Below, one piece after another: positions 39,901 to 46,655 of a DNA stretch of 64,000 bases (the stretch's first letter is position 1; the number at the start of each line of letters is the position of its first letter). Under the pieces are notes generated by a model. That model made no database searches. It was given only the letters and a program-made list of their open reading frames with translations, and had not been told where the DNA came from. The stretch is from a virus. The stretch is taken from IMG/VR virus record IMGVR_UViG_3300030117_004232, positions 1-64,000 of that record. One strand, written 5' to 3'. The translations under genes were made by a program, and so were the position numbers.

Positions 39901-41238
39901 GGTAGTGCGGCGGGCTCAGGGCTTCTGTTCAATGGTGATTATTCAGACAAGTATAGCGGTAACAACAATTACGTCAGTAACACCGCATCTGGTAATATCA
40001 ATGGTGGTGTTGATTGGTTTAACCCAGCCAGTTCACTGCGTGTGGGTGACCGTGGTGATGGACGTGGTTGCCGATGGCCGACTGTGTTTAACGAAAGTCT
40101 ACTTATGGCCGTCAGTGAAACCCACGATGCCTCTGGACTTGTGTTGTCTCACAGCACAGCAGAGCCTGCCTTTGGACAAGGACTCATCCGACCCAGTAAC
40201 TTGGTTTTGCAAGATGGAGAAGTTGAAAGAGGTATCAGTGACCGAGTCGATTTGAATTCCGATGATGGATTGCTGCGACCAAGTGCATCCGTAGGCGAAG
40301 GCTTTGAGACAGTGACTGCGGATACTCGTGGTGCTGAGCCGGTTTCCAGAGATGACTTCAGATTAGGATTAGATGTAGATACGTTGGCTGAACTGAATGA
40401 TGGGACTTCAAGAGAGTACGTGGTTATGTCCACAGAGGCTGCGAGTTTACACACAGACCGTGAAGTCGGTCAACGGACCAATATCAGAGGAGCATACAAT
40501 GTCGCATCTCGCACTCTTACCGATTTGGATATGACTGCGCTTACCTTTGCAGCACAGCCTGTGGCTGGAATCATAAAGCACTCTAATGCACACGCTATGT
40601 GGTCATTGGGCGGAACATACGTCATAGATTGGAGCGTATATTCTGGCGTACTCAACGACAAGGGTTGGGGTAAGGCCGGTGCTTCTTCGTCATCCAATCC
40701 ATATCAGGATTCAAACCACGACCCTACTGTTCAGGCTACGAACACAACTGATTCGACAATACAATTCTTGTATCGCCCACAACAAGTGTTAGATTACAAG
40801 CATTCGCAGATGTTTAGACCCTACATCACACTCAACGGTCCACAGGCTGGGGCCAATTTTTACAAGGCGACAGCAGGAGGGAAATACGGCTTGTTTACCA
40901 GTGATGTACCCAGTGCTCGTACAGGGACGCCCAGTTCGCCTCCATACGCGCCCGTGTACACCATGGTGCCAACCTCTAGTACCACCGTGCCCGATAGCAT
41001 GGGACCAAAGATTCAGGGTGTGGATGTTACGGGATACAACAAGGCCGACATCCGCAGCCCTGTAGCACGCATGCTAATGAGTGAGAACACACTAGAACAT
41101 TTCAGGTCTGACGCGAGCAGAACAGATGGTACTGGTGAAGGTGATTACACTGTTCAGCCAAGGCACAGTCAAACTTTGCACCCGAAGGGTAGCGATGGCG
41201 ATGCATCTTATAACACAGGAGACCATAGCGGGGAGTGA
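24988..41238 (+). CDS. Giant (~5400 aa) virion/tail protein with N-terminal LamG-like domain and repeated beta modules
   Basis: Uninterrupted 16.2-kb ORF; YALKFNG, FTLETWF, MYVNG, FRGTIEAV, GLWRFEE LamG-like motifs; repeated TV(E/D)xxxxFP modules; T/S/G-rich. Confidence 0.75.
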   Translation: MTIMIDPGYALKFNGITDGVLIPASQHTLHGTDTQDDKQLPSALSSFTLETWFIPDSGGSVFEYENIMRLTVGTPSSPAPAQFEINLKNIAAGTIESHVLTSAKPVYGIDGSFTHWDGTLFPHPALEEHNSFLATDAGSNDLTALNEGHRELLNVTVVFNRKYIVMYVNGDIVAAKEFDEDHEVVLTPSRMFLGGRGGEFRGTIEAVHLSRGSKDSGKADFAPIKSDDTIGLWRFEEPIEPISLITTTPSISASTGASSSINIGATAAQALIDELSGQSGLTAINFTTTSPWTDMGQYSVKVHTATSFATRTIPKVPYNILVNPLGYTSTTGKATNKAPERLRLMAIDASAGTITVESIHLDFASNSTDGRRGALQAHDAGRFVVITGDCIVDGGNGNEYQPQGSGTQFSHRQGQVVIDESRFENHGLMFSMTMANRDVPENKFSAYTTNPGSGFLMGHSGRHTLNHVKSHPFMGILPVPSDYIVDKKIDATADVISATFESQYSDIKDTVPPNSIVSAFSTHGPVNIKPTIHTSFVTRVCENGMSDISDSSRGLLAVGGPGFNPIPFALKALNSPDALNPTGSVAEHLIPSSESRIAILNVPSLSTYNYAPFVQIHYNAIDHTGAAFTTCAASRITGTSNATTVTVQSIKSFGKDGETFPANELYIGTTPASTAQKATNTVTLHHGTKQLRFSASTDSAFQSADVADAVVRRLIGGPSLMVTKTVPDVSTIVTGSTSILDLIHTDLGTNPLAVYAPGGIIEFDIPDNFPFNDGDLEGDSSEGVVAEEVLDFSLTPAAYLPLHSSDSPQTTPRLISTAKTELTGQNSVFNRIIVKQNFNPLGLSENGDLLTANTSTGRSRSTGVFINNGGGYSSSTTGAMTVDGNNATHHIKTGDILYKLDGTVVGTVTGVTSTSVTASAGTSSAVVDNEELFTSPPSPTRGNTNQSTAVHEIFDIIEHTSHNGKARLIVQPSDRTRFSQGSRLEDVAFGGNSATIEHLLSRGRVLSFGEDNYGNSTLRAHGLISDISAASVNVKGDAAPDSHIVKEIMPGAPVVAVTLGGPGQGAINTKETWQPSPTARLAWNTRRDCTTLITAYNTSTITVKALNNRADDLASWGTYCFPKIGRVYIGLKDDVTGRMRYASAEYASKNATTFTFDTGAAAGRGTGLFLDFDGNEEARFTDWYATIIAEADTSSTGLVGLMLSIDDKFSEESMCSDGTTINDRLFQTLDTVSHDYQLGSQYASTRALVEIPLFEEFFFENHDKGVFPGPDNSMKIHIDCTHTAHTWAPNPVGRRFEAVSPKDPEVFAAFSYTIGNQTHQPGTKVSQPYDVSNHRVHVEDSDIFPIASAAPIAVAGINGSARYRRAFLSSGEWCIYVAKDQSSTVSLELAGSAGDTWSMSKNFLRDLTVGALLTPAPGYQDMNYRSIADNPELISAGYEGRRSFYYDRSNAMTQGGNVDYGLRQYVSAVEFRAGPKTNPHLDRIQNKRARSKVVATTSGGGGVVATITVEDASLFPTDTPNALYGYRLAWRDTGGTIRYGTYTTRKPNANLMTVTSTETTHPAVGDEVYIESLYALSASTWPRTIDGFLSRAWAYPYAPGGLRDGDTVWMNMHYTNPHAMEGLFCKSRGTLDEGKVWTGFNGGMGALHATNPRDSIPLENFLIGNTCVETAQNFVQHVNKSVELHHTAMGVASPADKSPMVAYIDPYQSTDEFTRVLLYDVAHDREFIAFQDLWMQVQSSADATKIGAAPSHTGGVILNTDANSGSWLDVPAGFASQSPYLNSTTQSDFIETAYCHASTWNASNTSAGGVKGLGIHRPQIQTSSFGVYAPRTNPAVVDSASAATKHDEVVKDQREQSTFFDTPDGTRCIPAFLALKGIRATTLDLTNHKENHSSHGRGLNSHPHWTQMDFTRRLTIDFGEVSLRDGVTDIESAAREVVRMINQAGAKNGRTHARLHSDFSATASTHDPAPFWAPEQAFASLDRGTHMGYVRAHLGRVSIDSSDPENKGFSIVIHSTVPGASGRNFCTWLDNSKAQSPYRPEYMIGHGGRFRNYWCQPDEVTGENMHPAPMPINRHGRPFAPITTLKEFLPPEELNDQMMNNLDLGPETQATALFASTNEESSTGRNYNSVANESFETKSPAGTLIDGLRVGTKAKARINFGGMTMAGIPGWAPDAGKWGFGRDGENPRFDAIYGVGVNNATIKATSLNLDNSADRYIPLDDMQSQNIGDGNLYGIRFVDHRGDSHTIRMVYRQYGERFANDLTTLPPSIDDELIIHFDDRDVAQGGFTIGQHMAGTGEVTGNMTNGTASSWKGNLWNNYPARNVGIRVSTSITGSGSARQLTLTLQDPYQSGGNFSHPDVLGYLGFPKKDGMIQLSDDGGHLGLTFSYSSRTTGGVGSTVRFYGVVGGFAGYDETDANEDWILSPRINFTSVLTDEVIAAAVEYAMKLDNVNSDDLNVTSFDCTSMFAPDGRTLKEWGVSPTAIRIRTKSDASIPLNKLFEVSREKDWGLVEGASSDTAVGSHHTGGLSNSERDAGTRLDVGYIPETVLHITTKYRGSNANTATPVLVDNQNNVVDTGLWRRNLRGENYTDVAGDHIIPRVDSPMVKIDSDTSTTLVLASNEYVFLAGAPSTTAGTGRWGERFTLWFGSEEYGTVAGTDEDTLTFAANDGTSSGFTNGNIDQNDILIKNGGPVHKAKQIDGIRRAGSKLSSPFLYFRGGRDSADHWVPLFFGGGFSGVVMDINDGTENDYSDFYTHPYAAGPTGACGLQNAGEMSTAFSLLDTNAMLAMFPGTPYLDQHKGQNNPPFFNQDAILPFDMTKGGNAKVTGVDYTDGTNTVTVTVPSPIVIKFASANARYSAAPSAEHTTYMIFGPGQSFPHNYMSQEPQGSAMVTAGNGYSAVPIARTAGGLAFLPNELANGSPTHAGFNTGGAEAHLPMSTFYQKNNVSGFNYVMNWEPAKGFPNHRSLSGASSVGYSNVFSDSRFFTGKAPGTSNLPVHAHPMNQPISLYNSGTPREVGTSNWSTTRFSSVIWHMDGGYHPGGHFFDNAVRKNPMNVVANAVLSGNTTNQHNPAAFRVAGLLATAYNAAFTSPHEEQLCDDNIVLVDATRVQNAEELGTILSAAINTFPGSYGLKAIGGTFMPSFQTGTNQDRYGWHKLIIDHSSGYVPHNSTTPASITVKTTIPSTLPQYGWIRMSSGTKAAVAAYSSYTGKTFTLAVNSVMSSSSGNETNAYEPNTAAAITDTDFNVEDGEVYVWTKAGTRRHNNVSGTTSRDHLCQVHFNGLIDAVDRTKPIGAVGWHGEAYSYFNSYLVDSAYPAGLGAWHPFLGFSPYGAAETCLGSSTPVGVADTPTALASEFCVNGLSSRHLVAVSRECALSLVAFSDRDGIFMRGDRLSAKLGSDISYAGTVMNLSGFSNSRFEAPATGGPHIEAHFHTGFARPTLAADYPATSAVPTDAQLHRAMQSGDMVHGTTCQYPTGDLFWDESVVKSNNFHEDFSDYGVECMGATAHTDYLNTAVTAAQPHPGLYGYYSKRSAARNFLPEHIVWKRMDGGNLTMPALNARGLGQMPLFYAKDSGAWKLNGEKILGNVRFSFETTNASMFPIIQAQELAHPQLAEQYPREIQQALLIPNEQEQFKSVQVIDDTGQEHRLEGGSPLGTVILDFRHVSDREIEGLAPALAGSGVSPNMKIGLPNPDEIPGNVIVRSGFDRIQGYQNETMGSGGLQHPSQPNQQIIDLFKNTNAGPRLWPFWENNGWEHISQDSVDVSQLKNIHRLDYPASTSNGWEDSTGNAPLQTAYEPHDRSLYFHVTRMGISSTHRYSNDELTFSSYSGTTITVGSAPEATTWKIESEKSGGRWFLRVYDPTTNKGVIASYTNTSSSTFTGVVYSPDFAEFVEGKTGLKVVPSYYMPAGTTRFFASRRLRDHCEVSGASPDAAQIDWFAFHSTLPADTAATENVSDNPWYTHFTERGLTPMPIPRMGHHYVTPTMAILPGHYAHPAYQRVYDLHHACRSSNHKPMVDELLGLKAATRAANETSGVLVNHPSAGTYAVGTTAIAVDTVDATTKFSIGDRVYDSVGTELGFVEAVGANLVTLASPGIPVTIANNAALFMSTATTLTRGIGWNPAAWFSTPTATYGPSDIHGGAFTLMTETKVKYDGYGIAASAGTPGNTNAAGGHSLVLEAGSTYTLNHHFPDPLEVGAYQIIIQPNVFAQQFSGFHVNHATENKAPSESGTKVTELTGQQVNTVIAVEQDTATNGAYTLILAEAMMADVRGCEVIVNEVMLDIDPDVGSQFTCLPPMALYNPLGVQETASAPFTRRSLPYRPGMFISSTPGRTLTIPWWGMLHKDGLTEGLIQGDGLSVTAGGSGYTGATNVAVGGGSGTGLTVNTTVSTGAVTAVAIHTAGTGYRLGDTLTISGGGSDATLSVDRISSTGWRHLEWHKPDNYYEFCRASYGCVGAQLTLAGYPTSYMDIYAKYRNNRSANPTCVVLSLSSGGKTITVDNNDLFPSRPHYGEQLEYTKNGIRFTATYNNRTGTLDYATLGVSTIFQGVEGSADFWANLAANQVLKLTRPYDTHPSDSIYLESDSSIVTRLMEKPLEIHKGSRDTNSLHLPDAYLCMWHPNLGRPFTWYSDTATGGSRNFYTAAGAADTPVDQKPYNHIPEHFETIHYHDFNYAASKGPFGLAMRWIVPPAAGTAPTNSNDGMTYTAALIDADANLEHQGGTSGSDKYNFAGFWPSGSRGGPGVSRLEMYAEALAGWGGESYGMTVTTYTDSTGIASASKPNNLNDGFGYRFGVGQARNRPRWAPYIRGWLEVANSNALLGYYHGPLIQQDNKTNGWDYVGADGLADVSLTALYVGILERITQVSSLMNQDQYGRKVRYSDGRRHTAPFGCPVRTLRNASTVRRLYPGDDTGKGVTELANAHRYYIVDWWGNTRGEDVRRFPVRGFGIRPSWDPEDAYADTNVTHRPKDGSAAGSGLLFNGDYSDKYSGNNNYVSNTASGNINGGVDWFNPASSLRVGDRGDGRGCRWPTVFNESLLMAVSETHDASGLVLSHSTAEPAFGQGLIRPSNLVLQDGEVERGISDRVDLNSDDGLLRPSASVGEGFETVTADTRGAEPVSRDDFRLGLDVDTLAELNDGTSREYVVMSTEAASLHTDREVGQRTNIRGAYNVASRTLTDLDMTALTFAAQPVAGIIKHSNAHAMWSLGGTYVIDWSVYSGVLNDKGWGKAGASSSSNPYQDSNHDPTVQATNTTDSTIQFLYRPQQVLDYKHSQMFRPYITLNGPQAGANFYKATAGGKYGLFTSDVPSARTGTPSSPPYAPVYTMVPTSSTTVPDSMGPKIQGVDVTGYNKADIRSPVARMLMSENTLEHFRSDASRTDGTGEGDYTVQPRHSQTLHPKGSDGDASYNTGDHSGE

Positions 41239-41243
41239 GTAGT

Positions 41244-41693
41244 ATGACACCGATGGATAAGGCTTGGTTGATTTTAAAGCGCCAGACTACACTTGGCGAG
41301 TTTCATCCTGACTTTCCTAGTCCTTATGGTGACCATATTATGTATTATCACGGTACCACTGCGCCTCGTGCTCAACAAATGCTTTCCGATAAACTCCATG
41401 CTAATCGTGGAGTTCACGGCACTGGTGCGTATGTAACCAGTGACTACGATAAAGCGAAGAAATATGCTGATAGGCGTGCATACTCGGACAAAAAACCTCA
41501 TCTGTGGAATGAGGGAATGCAAGAGTTAGATGAGTCGGCACCAATGGTATTAGGAATACGAGAAAGGGCGTTCGATGATTTAGGCAAGCCGACCACTGTT
41601 ATGGGAACAGATGATTGGATGGAGGAGGGTTATTTTCCACAGGGGATTCCTCCTCAGTATTTAACACGCCTCCCTGAAAATTACAATTGGTGA
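41244..41693 (+). CDS. Putative ADP-ribosyltransferase (H-Y-E/PARP-like fold) with N-terminal leader and PIP-like motif
   Basis: YYHGT, HGTGAYVTSDYDKAKKYA and distal acidic EEGY match the NAD-binding ART pattern; alternative GTG start at 41235. Confidence 0.65.
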   Translation: MTPMDKAWLILKRQTTLGEFHPDFPSPYGDHIMYYHGTTAPRAQQMLSDKLHANRGVHGTGAYVTSDYDKAKKYADRRAYSDKKPHLWNEGMQELDESAPMVLGIRERAFDDLGKPTTVMGTDDWMEEGYFPQGIPPQYLTRLPENYNW

Positions 41694-41702
41694 GGTTTTG
41701 AA

Positions 41703-43346
41703 ATGGCACTAGGTAAGAACCTCTCAACTGGTCGCTTCAATGCGGCTCAAACTCCAGTTATGAAGCGCGTGCGCAAGCCTCGATTCGTGGATAATGCTGT
41801 GCGGCATGGAGAGTATACCAAAGTGCAGGCTGGGTTCAATGTGGCTGCCCCTACATCAAGTGACTTCCTTCCTACACATGACCGCAAGTATCTTTTGGCA
41901 GAAGAAGACGATACCATCCGTATCCTTCACAATCCTTCTGACGGGCATCAATACACAGGTGCAGTTTACACGGACTCGGATAAAGTGACGACATCCAGTA
42001 CATTGCCGCCTCTATTCGTGGGCGGTGAAGATTCCAAACAATCATTGGTTCCTTCCTCTATTGAAACGAGTACTAAAGGGACTCGTTACAGAATTGAAAA
42101 CCTCAAAGGAAGGGACTTGTCTCAAATTGGATTTACTGACAAAACAGTTCACATTGCACAGAAAGTGGGTGTTGGCCTCCGTACATCAGACCTTGCAATT
42201 CGGGTTGCCAAAGGAACAAACAGCGGACTCAATGGGGTGATTGTACCGAATCCTAGCGCTACCTTTGTCGCCCAAGATTTCTATGGAACTGATGCCGTTA
42301 CTGCACTACGATACTTGACTCGGCATGACAACTACAATGTGCGAGCAGATTCTTTCGGGAACATCTACTATGTCCATCAGAAAAAGCACGGTCGAGAGCA
42401 CATCATATCGCAAAATATGGTGTCCGATGGTTCTGTCAAAGAAGATAGTGAAAGCGTACCAAATCGAGTTATCGTGCACGGCAGGTCAAGGGCAAATAAC
42501 GATGAAAATTCTATCCAAATAGATGACAGAGGAGCGCAAGCCAGTGGTATCAATGAGATACCGGGTGGCATTCATGCGCCTACCGCAATCACAAAGTCAA
42601 GTGCAAGGGCAATAGGGAGGAAATTCCTCTCCATGGCCAAGCAAGCAACTGGGGGAGAAACTCTCCGTGGTGTCTTTCATGCCTCTACGATTCAACCGGG
42701 AGATGTATTGTCTTACAAGGAAATTACAGGTAGCCAAAGGAAAATTGTGTTGTCAACCACACACAATATCACAGAGCGAAAATCTGATGTAAGAATCAAC
42801 AGCGTAGAATCTTCCTTAGAGGACATTATCCAGCGGTTTCAAGAGGGAGATATTGCATCCACGCTCAATCAAAATTCAGAGCGAAATAGACAGTTTTCCA
42901 CGGAGGAGTTTTCGACTGGATTTGGGTTTGATGTCAGAGTCACTTGGCAACTTGATGTAAGAGAAGTCAAGAATCGACAACAAGGTATGGTCGTTGGTAA
43001 AGAGAGGGCCGTAATTCACGGTCGGAAGGAATTGAAATCTACAGGTACACTCATCAACAATGGTAGTGGTTATGCGATAGGTACAACTTCATACACAGTT
43101 GATGGGACAGCAGCCACCAGTTCTTTTGCTGTTGGTGATTGGGTATACAGAGGTAACGGTAACAAACTGGGGAAGGTCGCTAGTCGGACCACAACCAACG
43201 TCACTATCGCTATCGGTGCGCCAGATTTAGTCGGTGACAATGAGGAGTTGTTCCTGTTCCCGAATAACAGTATGAAAGAATCCTTAAACAGCCATTTGAA
43301 GATTGGAATGAGCAAGGGTAATTACGACAGTAGGAGGCGAGGATGA
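41703..43346 (+). CDS. Putative baseplate hub/tail protein
   Basis: Hub-like segments (ADSFGNIYY, PNRVIVHG, IQPGDVL); carries the shared ~72-aa beta module near the C-terminus. Confidence 0.55.
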   Translation: MALGKNLSTGRFNAAQTPVMKRVRKPRFVDNAVRHGEYTKVQAGFNVAAPTSSDFLPTHDRKYLLAEEDDTIRILHNPSDGHQYTGAVYTDSDKVTTSSTLPPLFVGGEDSKQSLVPSSIETSTKGTRYRIENLKGRDLSQIGFTDKTVHIAQKVGVGLRTSDLAIRVAKGTNSGLNGVIVPNPSATFVAQDFYGTDAVTALRYLTRHDNYNVRADSFGNIYYVHQKKHGREHIISQNMVSDGSVKEDSESVPNRVIVHGRSRANNDENSIQIDDRGAQASGINEIPGGIHAPTAITKSSARAIGRKFLSMAKQATGGETLRGVFHASTIQPGDVLSYKEITGSQRKIVLSTTHNITERKSDVRINSVESSLEDIIQRFQEGDIASTLNQNSERNRQFSTEEFSTGFGFDVRVTWQLDVREVKNRQQGMVVGKERAVIHGRKELKSTGTLINNGSGYAIGTTSYTVDGTAATSSFAVGDWVYRGNGNKLGKVASRTTTNVTIAIGAPDLVGDNEELFLFPNNSMKESLNSHLKIGMSKGNYDSRRRG

Positions 43347-43702
43347 TGCCATTATTGAATGAAGCAAGTAGATACATGATTGACACACTAAAGGGGCGAA
43401 TCAACCAAGTTGTATTCGGATTCGGGGGCAACCTCGCCAGCCAAGATGATGTAGGGGCATCTCAGCCAGCGGTTACCGTAACTCCAACCGTGCGTGTGAT
43501 TGACGACCACACACTTTCGGTCGAGGCGAAACTAGCATTGGATTCCTCATTTACACGCCCACTCCGAGAGGTGGTGGTGCAGTACAAGAATCCCGATAAT
43601 GCTTCAGATACCACTGCTTTACTCCGCTACACTTATGACGCTGTGACCAAGACGAATGACAACGAGATTCGATTCTCCGCCATCATTGAGGTGAACCCAT
43701 GA
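43343..43702 (+). CDS. Putative tail/baseplate protein
   Basis: Coupled ORF in the tail operon. Confidence 0.5.
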   Translation: MMPLLNEASRYMIDTLKGRINQVVFGFGGNLASQDDVGASQPAVTVTPTVRVIDDHTLSVEAKLALDSSFTRPLREVVVQYKNPDNASDTTALLRYTYDAVTKTNDNEIRFSAIIEVNP

Positions 43703-44880
43703 GCAATCCAAAGGCCGGTCACACAAGTGCGACGGGTATGGGTACGAGTTCAGAAGGGCTGCGTGATGGGGATGGATTGTCTTCACCTAGTTTGACTGGT
43801 CCGATTGAGGCTGCACATGGTAATGGTATTCTCAGATTGGAGGATACGGCAGTTGGCGCGTCTGCTCGCAACAGTATTGCTACGTCTACGCCGGGGTACA
43901 TCGTTACGGCTGCCAGTGGTGTCGTAACCATACACGGTGGTTGGTGTGTCATTGATGGCGTACTCTACAAGTTCGCAGGTGGCCCCGGCTCAACTCAACA
44001 AATCACTATCGGTGCTACTGGGACTGCGAATTTCAATGGTGAATTGCCCGCAGTTCCTTCGGCTAACAGTGAAGTTTACGTCGTAGTGTATATTTCGTCG
44101 GATTCGACCACTACGGCCCGTATTCGTTACGAAATGGGCTCACCTGCGGCTCCCAGCACAGGAACGCCTCTGATTCCATCCACTTTCCTTTCTGACCCAT
44201 TGCTGGGACTTACCCGCAAGAATCACCAACATATCGTACTAGGTGTACTCAAATACACCATGTCAGCAGGAGCAGGAAGCGTTACTGCATCGCTTGGTGC
44301 TACACCTGTATTGCACGACAGGCGAGTTTACGTGAGAACCAGCCCGATGTACTTACAGCACATGTCCAAGGGTGGTACAACAGTTGGCACGAATCTGGTC
44401 ACTGTTGCGAACGCAGTCGATTCACACACGGATTTGGCTGCACTGTATGCTTCTCCTGAGAGTGGTGATTTCACCAACAGTTTCTTCGGTGCGCTATGGC
44501 AGAGTCATACGCCTGACGCTCACGGCATGCTGTACTATGCAGCCCCTCACACCATGGGTGGCTCAATCGCAACCTACACTCATCGATTGGGACCAAGTGA
44601 AGTCAAGGTAGCGACCATCTCAACTACCCAGACTTGCACCTTTGATGGACCCAATATGTGGATTGCAACGACTAGCGGTACAACCACATTTACTCCAAGT
44701 GGTACATTCCCACCGGGTCATGTCATTGAGATATACCATACGGCAGGTGCTCACGCACTGAACTTCATTAACGCCCCTGCTGGGTCAAGTACACTGCTAA
44801 ATGTAGCAGCAGACCAATATGCCAAGTTTGTATTCGATGGCACCAATTGGCATGTACTGGACCATCACGCGGTGATTTGA
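43699..44880 (+). CDS. Putative tail fibre/receptor-binding protein
   Basis: G/T/S/A-rich; VTIHGGWCVIDG and C-terminal FVFDGTNW patterns typical of fibre proteins. Confidence 0.55.
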   Translation: MSNPKAGHTSATGMGTSSEGLRDGDGLSSPSLTGPIEAAHGNGILRLEDTAVGASARNSIATSTPGYIVTAASGVVTIHGGWCVIDGVLYKFAGGPGSTQQITIGATGTANFNGELPAVPSANSEVYVVVYISSDSTTTARIRYEMGSPAAPSTGTPLIPSTFLSDPLLGLTRKNHQHIVLGVLKYTMSAGAGSVTASLGATPVLHDRRVYVRTSPMYLQHMSKGGTTVGTNLVTVANAVDSHTDLAALYASPESGDFTNSFFGALWQSHTPDAHGMLYYAAPHTMGGSIATYTHRLGPSEVKVATISTTQTCTFDGPNMWIATTSGTTTFTPSGTFPPGHVIEIYHTAGAHALNFINAPAGSSTLLNVAADQYAKFVFDGTNWHVLDHHAVI

Positions 44881-45128
44881 TGGGACGACTCGTCAAGCAG
44901 TTCAAGTGTACTTGCGAGAACTGTCAGAAGGCATCTATTCCCCTGTCAATTTCGGGGCGGTATGTATCTGGCGAGCCAGTGGTTTTGCACCAATGCCCTC
45001 ATTGTAGTTACGTGAGGCCGCATGGGGGACTGGGCCCTGTCGGCCTACGCAAGCGTAAGAAATCGCCTGTCAGTAGGCGGGCAAATGGTCGACTTTCCTT
45101 GTTTCTCAGGGAAATGGCTAAGAAATGA
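44880..45128 (+). CDS. Zn-ribbon protein with basic C-terminus
   Basis: CENC...CPHC; RKRKK; TGATG coupling; GGTGA RBS. Confidence 0.55.
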   Translation: MGRLVKQFKCTCENCQKASIPLSISGRYVSGEPVVLHQCPHCSYVRPHGGLGPVGLRKRKKSPVSRRANGRLSLFLREMAKK

Positions 45129-46619
45129 TTACTCTGCTCTCATACCGATGATGTCATCGATGCGCAGAATGCTCATGGTGACCTCGCTCGCTGATTGAAC
45201 TGCTTGGCGTACAAGTGCCAGTGGTTCCCAGACATTCGCCTCTGCCATATCGCAGGTTCCACCGTTCTCAATATCAGGACCAGTGAGTTTACCCGCAGAG
45301 TGGTCGTTACGTAGTGAAAGGACAGTGTCTAGTGGGTCATGCCCTGCGTTCTCTGCAATGGCCGCAGGAATGGACTCTAGGGCGTCTGCGAAGGCGTCAA
45401 TGGCCATCTGCTCACGACCACCTGCCTCTGCTGCTCTAGCGCGTAGGTGTAGGGCTGCATTGAGGTATGCTGCGCCCCCGCCGGGCACGACATTGCCACT
45501 GTTGTAAGCAAGGCAAACGACACCAAGCGCATCTTCAAACCCACGCTCAGTTTCATCAAGCGTCTGCTTGGTTGCGCCTCGTAGGATGAGTGTAGTAACT
45601 TCACCTTCGCCCTTGACGACAACGTACTTCATGTCACCAATGGTCTTGCACTCTGCATCACAAGGGACAGCCTCATGCAAATCTTCAGGCGTGTGCGCAC
45701 TAGTGGTGTTCAGGAGTTTACCTAGTGCAATCATATCACTTTCTGGAATCCGGTGAACGACGCTGATATTCTTCCGGGCTAGTGCAGCAGACATGACTTC
45801 ATTTGCTGAATCTCGGACAAATACAACACCGCCATCTGGCAACTTAGAGGCAATTAGTTCTGCTTTTTCCAGCCAGTTGTCTCTGTTTGTCTGCCGCTTG
45901 TACTGCTGCATTTCACTCGCTGAACCAAGTTGAAGTTGGATATTATCATCGCCCTTGTCCGCAGACATTCCAGTATTGATGAGTAGGGCTTGACCGTGCG
46001 GGTTGGTTGGCATTGCAGGGAGGATGAACTCCTTGTGCAATACGACACCCGAGAAGCACGTTGAGTCATCAAGTGCCCCTCCGGGCTGACAAAGCACACG
46101 GATGCGCTCAAACTCACCATCTGCGTTCTCTACTGCATCCACACATAACTGACTCACATGGTCCATGGAGGATTCTAGCGATTTGCCTGTAATTGAAGTC
46201 TGAGCGACATGCTTCAGGTGCTTCTTTGCTGATACTTTCATACTGTCAATATGTTCTGTAGCCCACCGAGATGCTCGGCGGTACCCACGACATACGACGT
46301 TCGCATGCAGACCTTTGTTGAACAGAAGTTCGCTATTTCCTAGCAATTCCCCTGCCAATACGACGGTGCTGGTCGTGCCATCGTAGCACATGTTTTCTTG
46401 CGTGTTCGCTGCCTCTACTACCATCTTGGCAGCAGGGTGCGCGACATCGATTTCCTGCATGATGGTGGCACCATCGTTGGTGACAATCACATTGCCTCCG
46501 GCGTCTACCATCATCTTGTCCATGCCCATCGGACCTAATGTGGTCTTGACGGTATTGACAATTTTCTTTGCTGCTCTAATGTTGTGCACTTGTGCACTAA
46601 TTGCTTCATTATCTGACAT
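45129..46619 (-). CDS. Group II chaperonin (thermosome subunit)
   Basis: [49 protein letters not shown]. Confidence 0.95.
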   Translation of the reverse strand: MSDNEAISAQVHNIRAAKKIVNTVKTTLGPMGMDKMMVDAGGNVIVTNDGATIMQEIDVAHPAAKMVVEAANTQENMCYDGTTSTVVLAGELLGNSELLFNKGLHANVVCRGYRRASRWATEHIDSMKVSAKKHLKHVAQTSITGKSLESSMDHVSQLCVDAVENADGEFERIRVLCQPGGALDDSTCFSGVVLHKEFILPAMPTNPHGQALLINTGMSADKGDDNIQLQLGSASEMQQYKRQTNRDNWLEKAELIASKLPDGGVVFVRDSANEVMSAALARKNISVVHRIPESDMIALGKLLNTTSAHTPEDLHEAVPCDAECKTIGDMKYVVVKGEGEVTTLILRGATKQTLDETERGFEDALGVVCLAYNSGNVVPGGGAAYLNAALHLRARAAEAGGREQMAIDAFADALESIPAAIAENAGHDPLDTVLSLRNDHSAGKLTGPDIENGGTCDMAEANVWEPLALVRQAVQSASEVTMSILRIDDIIGMRAE

Positions 46620-46655
46620 TTAACTCCCTCTCTGTTGGCCGTAGGCCAGCCGACA

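Noticed and set aside
41206-41213. CTTATAAC as a dedicated promoter for the ART-like gene
   Set aside because: Spacing is plausible, but it lies inside coding sequence and is too short to support without conservation data
24988-44880. Diversity-generating retroelement acting on tail proteins
   Set aside because: No reverse transcriptase and no near-identical TR/VR nucleotide pair noticed; repeats are diverged at protein level
45120-45135. Intrinsic terminator at the convergence of the two arms
   Set aside because: The two stop codons abut directly (TGA then TTA) with no hairpin or T-tract
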